Source: an uncultured Thermoleophilaceae bacterium
Lineage (GTDB): Bacteria > Actinomycetota > Thermoleophilia > Solirubrobacterales > Thermoleophilaceae
Reading direction: 5' to 3'
Assembly: GCA_963808775.1 (NCBI GenBank)
Contig: CAWEGR010000006.1
Location: 5,638 to 69,637, forward strand
DNA: 64,000 nucleotides
The position numbers were made by a program, and so were the translations under genes. A model generated the notes under the pieces. It did not search any database. It was not told the origin of the DNA and saw only the letters and a list, made by a program, of their open reading frames with translations. Of the stretch, positions 58,122-64,000 are shown one piece after another; within the stretch, counting starts at the first letter, position 1; each line of letters starts with the position of its first letter.

Positions 58122-58727
58122 ATGAGCACCGCCGTCCCGAGCCAGCACCCCGCAGTCGTCCTTCGCTCGCAGTACAACCACCTGCGCGCCCTGCTCGCGT
58201 TCATGCTGATCGCAATGGTCGGCCTGAGCGTCGCGCTCATCGTCGTCGCCGACGAGGACGCGCCCGTCGTGCAGAGCCAGGCCGCGCCCGTAGACGTCCC
58301 GGGCGTGCACGCCCACCCGCTCCAGCGGGACTCCGGAGTCCGCTACGACGGCGGCCCGGAGGAGGGCACCGCGGCGATCGCGGTCCCGCGCGCAGAGATC
58401 CCGACGGTCGCCCCGCCCGCCTCGTCGATCGCGGCCGGCAGCGCCCAGGCGTACGAGGGGCTCCGGCAGGCCGACACCGGCACGCGCTACGACGGCGGCC
58501 CCGAGGAGGGCACCCGCGGCGCGACCACCTCGGCCGTGAGCAGCTCCCCGCTCGCTCGCTACGACGGGGGCCCCGAGGAGGGCACCCGCGGCGCGACCAC
58601 CTCGGCCGTGAGCAGCTCCCCGCTCGCTCGCTACGACGGGGGCCCCGAGGAGGGCACCCGCGGCGCGACCGCGCAGGCCGAGCAGGATCCCGTCGGCCCG
58701 ACGCGCTTCAGCGGCTTCCGCCAGTAG
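58122..58727 (+). CDS. Membrane-anchored protein with tandem RYDGGPEEGTRG repeats, function unknown
   Basis: AGGAGG RBS before the ATG at 58122. TM segment LRALLAFMLIAMVGLSVALIVVA. There are four RYDGGPEEGT motifs, the last three at a 24-residue period; the final unit is truncated. Confidence 0.65.
   Translation: MSTAVPSQHPAVVLRSQYNHLRALLAFMLIAMVGLSVALIVVADEDAPVVQSQAAPVDVPGVHAHPLQRDSGVRYDGGPEEGTAAIAVPRAEIPTVAPPASSIAAGSAQAYEGLRQADTGTRYDGGPEEGTRGATTSAVSSSPLARYDGGPEEGTRGATTSAVSSSPLARYDGGPEEGTRGATAQAEQDPVGPTRFSGFRQ
58485..58670 (+). repeat. 2.6 near-identical tandem copies of a 72-bp in-frame unit
   Basis: Copies start at 58485, 58557 and 58629. Copies 1 and 2 differ at a single base (gacggcggcc vs gacgggggcc). 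The unit encodes RYDGGPEEGTRGATTSAVSSSPLA. Confidence 0.9.
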
Positions 58728-58750
58728 CTCGGAGAGACGGCCGCATCGTC

Positions 58751-58776
58751 GAAGGGCCCCCTGCCGGGGGCCCTTC
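58751..58776. terminator. Bidirectional hairpin between convergent genes
   Basis: Perfect 11-bp stem gaagggccccc / gggggcccttc with loop tgcc. It lies between the stop at 58727 (+) and the stop at 58795 (-). Confidence 0.6.
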
Positions 58777-58794
58777 GTCGTTCGCGACGGCGAC

Positions 58795-60039
58795 CTACCG
58801 GCCGAGCAGCGACTCGTCGAGGAAGTCGACGACGCGCCGCTCGTACTCGCGCGGCCGGACGTCGATGCCGTCGGTGTGGCCCCCCGCGGGGACGCGCCAG
58901 ATGCGCTTCGGGTCTCCGGCGGCTCGGTAGTAACGCGGGTTGAGCGTCCCGACGTCTCGGCTGCCGGCGTGGATCAGCATGATCGGCCGGGGCGCGATCT
59001 TCGGGATCAGCTCCTCGAGATGCGTCGGCGGCAGGCTGTTCGAGAACACGGCGTTGGCGGCGTCGCGCGCCAGATAGCTCACGAATGCCGAGGCCTTGTC
59101 GAGTCCCTCCGCGTCGCTGACCTCCTCGGACATCGTGCGCGCGCCCGCTCCCTCGGAGACGACCGCTGCGAGCGCCGTGTTCTCGGCTGCGGTCTGGAGC
59201 AGCATCTCACCGCCCACCGACAATCCGAGCCCGCCGATCCGGCCCCGATCCACATCGGGACGTTGCTGCAGGAATGCGATGCCCGCCTCGATGTCCTTGT
59301 CGAAGTCCCAGCCCCAGCCGTTCGGGTCGCCCTCGCTCGCGCCCTCGCCGCGACGGTCGAAGAGCAGTACTCCGTAGCCGTTGCGGGCGAGCATCCTCGC
59401 GTGCTCGCGAGTGCCGCTTCGCCCCGGGAAGACGATCACCGCGGCACCGTTCCGCGAGGGCACGTACCAGCCCTCGAGCTCGAGCCCGTCGCTCGTGACG
59501 AGCTTGACGTCCTCGTGAGCGGCGCCCAGCTGCGCCGGGGGGACCTCGGCGCGCGCCGCGTGGCTCGCCACATAGGTGATCGCGATCGGTATTGCCAGGG
59601 TTGGCACCAGCACGACCACTGCCGCTGTCTTGAGTGCCCGCCGCGCATAGCGCCGCACGCGGCTGTCATCGAGCCGCCGGGATCGCCAGAGCAGCGTGCC
59701 GCCGAGGCCGATCAGGACCGGCCCCGCCGCCATGGCGAGGAGGCCGGAGAAATCGTCGCCCGACAGCCCGACCTCGCGCCCGTAATGCACCGCCTCGACA
59801 CCGCTGAGAAACGCCGGAAGCGCGAGCAGGAGCGCCAGCGTGCCCTGAGCGCCCGGGCGCACCCGCGGGAACGCCCAGGCGGCGAGCGCCAGCAGCGCCA
59901 GCGGAACGAGGCCGCTGACGAGATGGTCGGCGATGCCGGTGCCGGGCTGGGGCTGCACGAAGTTGTCGTCGACCACGTGCAGCCCGATGAGCGCGGTGGC
60001 GATGCGGAAGACGAGCGTGGCGTTGCTCATGAGGCTCAT
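58795..60039 (-). CDS. Membrane-anchored alpha/beta hydrolase
   Basis: AGGAGA RBS. Four N-terminal TM segments, then VIVFPGRSG, nucleophile elbow GLSVGG and HTDG near the C-terminus. Confidence 0.85.
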   Translation of the reverse strand: MSLMSNATLVFRIATALIGLHVVDDNFVQPQPGTGIADHLVSGLVPLALLALAAWAFPRVRPGAQGTLALLLALPAFLSGVEAVHYGREVGLSGDDFSGLLAMAAGPVLIGLGGTLLWRSRRLDDSRVRRYARRALKTAAVVVLVPTLAIPIAITYVASHAARAEVPPAQLGAAHEDVKLVTSDGLELEGWYVPSRNGAAVIVFPGRSGTREHARMLARNGYGVLLFDRRGEGASEGDPNGWGWDFDKDIEAGIAFLQQRPDVDRGRIGGLGLSVGGEMLLQTAAENTALAAVVSEGAGARTMSEEVSDAEGLDKASAFVSYLARDAANAVFSNSLPPTHLEELIPKIAPRPIMLIHAGSRDVGTLNPRYYRAAGDPKRIWRVPAGGHTDGIDVRPREYERRVVDFLDESLLGR

Positions 60040-60114
60040 GCTCGTCTCCTGAGCCCTCTCCGACACATCGGGCGGCACCCTGAAGGGCGCCGCGGGAACA
60101 CCCTGAATCCGGGC

Positions 60115-61287
60115 TCAGCGCCCGAAGCCGACCACCTGGTCGTTCAGCGGCATGCGCCGCCTGAAGGTTCCCGCCAGCCCCGAATCGGAGATCTGCGCGA
60201 CCTGTCCGGCGGAGACGCCCGGCAGGTTCGTGAGCACGCCGCGCGAGCTGAAGCGCGGGTGCACGAACGGAAGGCCGTTCGACTGGAGCGGGGACGGCCC
60301 GTCCATGATGTGGAAGTGCAGGTGCGGGCCGTCGGTGTTGCCCGTGTTGCCGAGCAGGCCGAGCACCTGTCCCGTGCGCACGCGGTCGCCCGGCTTGAAG
60401 CGCAGGCTGCCCGGCTGCATGTGGGCGTAGAACGCGTAGCGCCGCGGCCCGTACCTGATCACCATGTGGTTGCCCCCGGCGGTCTGCACGGTCTGGCCCT
60501 CGGGGAGCTCGCCCGGGACCTGCTCCGGCATGTCGTCGAGGATCGAGACCACTCGTCCAGGCAGCGCCGCATGGATCCGCGTGCCGAAGTAGCCCCAGCT
60601 CGAGAGGTCCGAGATCGCGCCCTGGAACAGGAAGTCCTGCCCGTCGAGCTGCACCCAGTCGATCGCGAAGCGCTCCGGAACCCGCACCGTCCCGTCGATC
60701 GACAGGGTCGCGCCGCGATGCGCGTTGATCGGCGCGCAGCAGCCGTTGGCCGCGATCCAGTTCGGTCCGCGCAGCGGCGGCCGGACGACGATCGGGCGCG
60801 AGCGCGAGACGTTCGTCGGCACTCCGGTGAAGCTGAACTGCTGGACGGCCTGCGGCGGGTTGTCGAACGACATCGAGATGAAATGCTCAAGGCGCGTCGG
60901 CCGCCGGGCGCCGCGCGGGTACTTCACGTCCATGAACAGGAGCGCGCTCCCACCGCCCGGGATCTCGGGTCCCTCGGAGCCGTTCACCCGCAGCATCGAG
61001 GCGAGCGCCTCGCCCTCGAGCGGCGCCCCGATGCGGCGCCGCCCCTGCCGCGCCTGGACCGACTGGAGCGTGACCGCGCCCGCGGTCTGATTGACGATCG
61101 TGATCTCGTAGGCGAGGTGGTTCCTGCCGTCCGCGCCCAGCACCGGGACCGGAGCGTTGTCGATCTTCATCCCGAGCGGAACGATCTGTGCGCTGTCGTC
61201 GGGCCCGGCGACAGCGCCGGCGGCCGCTCCCAGCGAGAGGAGACATGCGGCCGAGAGGGCGATTGCGAGACGGCGGAGGGCGAGCAT
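60115..61287 (-). CDS. Secreted M23 family metallopeptidase
   Basis: Signal peptide MLALRRLAIALSAACLLSLGAAAGAVA. YAHMQPGSLRFKPGDRVRTGQVLGLLGNTGNTDGPHLHFH. Confidence 0.9.
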   Translation of the reverse strand: MLALRRLAIALSAACLLSLGAAAGAVAGPDDSAQIVPLGMKIDNAPVPVLGADGRNHLAYEITIVNQTAGAVTLQSVQARQGRRRIGAPLEGEALASMLRVNGSEGPEIPGGGSALLFMDVKYPRGARRPTRLEHFISMSFDNPPQAVQQFSFTGVPTNVSRSRPIVVRPPLRGPNWIAANGCCAPINAHRGATLSIDGTVRVPERFAIDWVQLDGQDFLFQGAISDLSSWGYFGTRIHAALPGRVVSILDDMPEQVPGELPEGQTVQTAGGNHMVIRYGPRRYAFYAHMQPGSLRFKPGDRVRTGQVLGLLGNTGNTDGPHLHFHIMDGPSPLQSNGLPFVHPRFSSRGVLTNLPGVSAGQVAQISDSGLAGTFRRRMPLNDQVVGFGR

Positions 61288-61485
61288 CGCGCGAGCCTAA
61301 CCCAAACGGGTTTTCACATGTGCCGTTCCCGGGCAGGCGGCGATGTATGGAGGTTCCAGGTCCCACACCGCCGGAGGTGCCCGAGCCGAGCCCGCCCGAG
61401 CGCCCCGAGCCGGGTGCTCCGGACGCTCCTCAACCGGATCCGCGCGGGCCCGAGACGCCCGATTCGCCGGAGCGTCCCGAGCCCG

Positions 61486-61893
61486 TCATTCCCCCGGGGT
61501 AACGCGCGCGAGCGCCTCGGCCCTGTCGCGGTACTCCTCCACGCGCACGATCCGGCCATCGCGCACCCGCACCGCGTACGTCTCGCTCACGCCGACGCTG
61601 ACACCGCTCGTGCGGCCCCGGACCCGGGCATGCCAGGGGACCACCACCCAGTCGCCGCAATCGATGAAGTCCTCGAACTCCATGAGGTCCTCGAAGCGGC
61701 GCTCCCAGAGTTCCTCGATGGCGGCGACGAAGCGCCGCAGCCCGTCGATCCCGCGATAGACCTGCGCATCCGGCTCGTCGCTCGCCGTGTGCCATTCCGT
61801 CTCCGGGGCGTGGGCCGCGAACGCCTCCTCGAAGTCCCCGCGCGCGAACGCCTCCATGCTCCGGCGCACGAGCTCGACCGTGTCGCTCGACAT
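61486..61893 (-). CDS. SnoaL-like / NTF2-fold protein
   Basis: VELVRRSMEAFARGDFEEAFAAHAPETEW...GIDGLRRFVAAIEELWE...YAVRVRDGRIVRVEEY. Confidence 0.8.
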   Translation of the reverse strand: MSSDTVELVRRSMEAFARGDFEEAFAAHAPETEWHTASDEPDAQVYRGIDGLRRFVAAIEELWERRFEDLMEFEDFIDCGDWVVVPWHARVRGRTSGVSVGVSETYAVRVRDGRIVRVEEYRDRAEALARVTPGE

Positions 61894-61921
61894 CGCCGCC
61901 GGATTCTGATGGCTTTCGCGG

Positions 61922-62165
61922 CTAGGGGACCATCACCTCGCGAATCGCGATCGGCGTGGTGCGGGCAGCGACGAAGCGCGGGAGCAGCTCGAGCGCCTCG
62001 CCGGCGTCGGCCGCCTCCACTCGCCACCAGAGCTCGTGCCCTCCAGCGAGGCAGCTCGAGTGCACCTCGCGGCGCCGCAGCGGGCTCTCGAAGCCCTGCC
62101 ACGCTGCGTACGCCGCGGCGCACTCCCGCTCGCTCATGCGAATGGTGGAGCAGGAAGAACGGCAT
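61922..62165 (-). CDS. Small conserved hypothetical protein (about 80 aa), frame break near 62135
   Basis: GGAGGAGG RBS 8 nt before the ATG at 62165 (MPFFLLHHSH). The conserved-looking body ECAAAYAAWQGFESPLRRREVHSSCLAGGHELWWRVEA...LPRFVAARTTPIAIREVMVP is one frame away. Confidence 0.55.
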
Positions 62166-62239
62166 CTAGCTCGCCTCCTCCATGCTGATCGAACATTGGT
62201 GGTTCCTCCTTGGTCGTCGAGCGGTGAGCCGCTTCACGA

Positions 62240-62268
62240 CCGGCGCCCGCCGGGTGGGCGGGCGCCGG
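62240..62268 (-). terminator. Hairpin downstream of the MMPL gene
   Basis: Perfect 12-bp stem ccggcgcccgcc / ggcgggcgccgg with loop gggtg, 25 nt after the stop at 62293. There is no U-tract. Confidence 0.5.
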
Positions 62269-62292
62269 TACTTGGCTGACTGTTCCTCGTGT

Positions 62293-64000
62293 CTAGGCCT
62301 TGGCGGGCATCACCTCCGGCTCGGTGCCGATCTGGGGGATCCAGCCGAGCTTGCGGGGCAGCCACCAGTTGCGGTCGCCGAGCAGCGTCATCGTGGCGGG
62401 CAGCAGCACGCCGCGGATGATCGTCGCGTCGATCAGCACCGCCGCGGCGAGGCCGATGCCCATCTGCTTCATCTGGAGCTCGGACGAGAGCGCGAACATC
62501 GAGAACACAGCGACCATCACGATCGCCGCCGAGGTGACCACACCGGCGGTCGTCTTGATCCCGTGCGCGACCGCGTCCTCTGTCGTCATGCCCTTGTCGA
62601 ACGCCTCGCGGATCCGGGTCAGGATGAACACGTGGTAGTCCATCGAGAGCCCGAACAGGATCACGAACAGAAACAGCGGCAGCCACGCGGCGATCGTGCC
62701 GTTGCCCTCGAACCCGAGCAGACCCTCGGCCCACTCGGACTGGAACACCAGCACCAGCAGCCCGTAGGCGGCGCCCACGGACAGCAGGTTCAGCAGGATC
62801 GCCTTGACCGGAATCACGAGCGACCGGAACGTGAACAGCAGCAGCACGAACGCCGCCGAGAGCACGAACGCGAACACGTACGGCAGATGGCCGATCATCG
62901 CGTCATTGAAGTCGCCGGTCGCTGAGGCCTCACCGGTGGTGTGGGCCTCGACGCCGCCGACCTCGCCGAGCGTTGAGGGCACGAGCTCGTTGCGCAGCGT
63001 GTCCGCCGCCCGATTTGCTCGCTCGCTCGTGCCGTGACCGGTGATCGGCAGCGTCACGATCGCGACCGTGCCGTCATCGCTCGTCTCGACGCTGAGCCTC
63101 GCCCTCGAACAGGCCGGGGCGCTGCTGCGCCCGCGTCTCGAGCGCTGTCGATCGCCGACACCACGGCCGGGTCCGTCACGTCCTCCGCCTTCACGACAAC
63201 CATCTCCGCGCTGCCCTCCGACGGGAAGGCGGCCTGGATGCGGTCGTAGGTCTGCATCACCTGCAGGTCGCGCGAGAAGTCCTCGGTACCGCCGAGCGAG
63301 GTCTGCATCCCGAGCGCCGGCAGCGCCAGCGCCACCAGCAGTCCGCCGGACACGAGCGCCGACACCAGCGGGCGCCGCAGCACCCGGTCGAGGAAGCGCG
63401 ACCACAGCCCCGCTTCGCCGACCCGGTTCTTGATGCGCCCGACGAGCGGCAGGCGACCCTTCTCCACACGGTCCCCGAGCTTGGAGAGGAGGGCGGGCAG
63501 CACCGTCAGGGAGCCCGCGACTGCCACCGCCACCACCAGGATCGTGCCCGTCGCAAACGACGCGAAGTTCGAGATCCCGCCGAGATACATCCCGGCCATC
63601 GCGACCATCACCGTCAGCCCGGAGACGACCACCGCACGGCCTGAGGTCGCGGCAGCGGCCTCGATCGCAGCGTCGTTGTCGCGACCGGCGGCGCGCTCCT
63701 CGCGAGCCCGCTTGAGATAGAACAGCGTGTAGTCGACGCCGACCGCCATGCCGACCAGCAGCACGACGTGCATCACCTGTGCGTCGACCGGCGCGATCTG
63801 AGACACGGGACCCAGCAGACCCAGCGTCGCGAGCACGCTCGTGATCGCCAGAAGCACGGGGATTCCCGCGGCCACCAGCGCGCCGAAGGTGAACGCGAGG
63901 ATGATCAGCGTGAGCGGGAGCGTGAGCAGTGCGGACTTGCCCATCTCCTCGTTGCTCTGGTCGAGCGTCGCCTTGGTGATGCTGGCATCACCGGTCTCCT
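62293..64000 (-). CDS. MMPL-family (RND superfamily) transporter; N-terminus off the right window edge; one or two frame breaks at 63095-63140
   Basis: ...GIPVLLAITSVLATLGLLG...GMAVGVDYTLFYLKRAREE...GLSMDYHVFILTRIREAF...LLGDRNWWLPRKL. The frame is open to position 64000. Confidence 0.85.

Noticed and set aside
61347-61502. A 51-codon Pro/Glu-rich ORF on the plus strand: MEVPGPTPPEVPEPSPPERPEPGAPDAPQPDPRGPETPDSPERPEPVIPPG.
   Set aside because: It has no RBS, its third-position GC is only moderate, it overlaps the 3' end of the SnoaL-like gene, and PEP-type low complexity arises easily in GC-rich spacers. It is not excluded but is not supportable as a gene.
1-64000. CRISPR arrays, rRNA genes, insertion sequences, prophage or conjugation genes.
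   Set aside because: I looked for spaced direct repeats, transposase, integrase or recombinase motifs, and rRNA-like conserved stretches on both strands and found none. The only tandem repeats are the two in-frame coding arrays reported as features.

Overview
This is a 64-kb, very GC-rich (about 70% or more by eye), gene-dense bacterial chromosome segment. It carries Actinomycetota hallmarks: NucS, several LLM/F420-type oxidoreductases, an MMPL transporter, SARP- and LuxR-type STAND regulators, and many ATGA/GTGA stop-start overlaps. A Thermoleophilia-like (Conexibacter/Solirubrobacter) origin is only a guess. I can support about 58 protein genes, one tRNA-Ser(CGA), five stem-loop terminators and two in-frame tandem repeat arrays. 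I see no rRNA, CRISPR array, transposase, integrase or phage genes. Many long ORFs in the supplied track are high-GC shadow frames of the real genes. Content is housekeeping and stress genes (tadA, msrA, nucS, USP, CsbD, YceI, PlsC), secreted enzymes (S8 protease, M23 peptidase, GH3 glucosidase, GDPD, L,D-transpeptidase), transporters (two MFS, AI-2E, MMPL), and an unusually dense set of signalling proteins. The signalling set is two GGDEF proteins, two class III cyclase domains and three large ATPase-TPR regulators. The most striking sequence-level property is about two dozen reading-frame breaks inside clearly conserved genes. About 19 of them have the same sign (one surplus base), which points to systematic consensus error rather than gene decay. 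The candidates most worth follow-up are as follows. (1) A translationally coupled unit of a SARP-cyclase-ATPase-TPR regulator, a 98-aa orphan protein and an animal-type haem peroxidase. (2) A five-gene coupled operon: LLM oxidoreductase, dihydropyrimidinase, carbamoyl-amidohydrolase, PaaK-like ligase, crotonase. (3) A coupled P450, LLM, PPK2, hydrolase operon. (4) A DUF480, GGDEF/HD-GYP, NUDIX unit. (5) Three repeat-built or duplicated secreted/membrane proteins of unknown function. None of these functional ideas can be proven from sequence alone.
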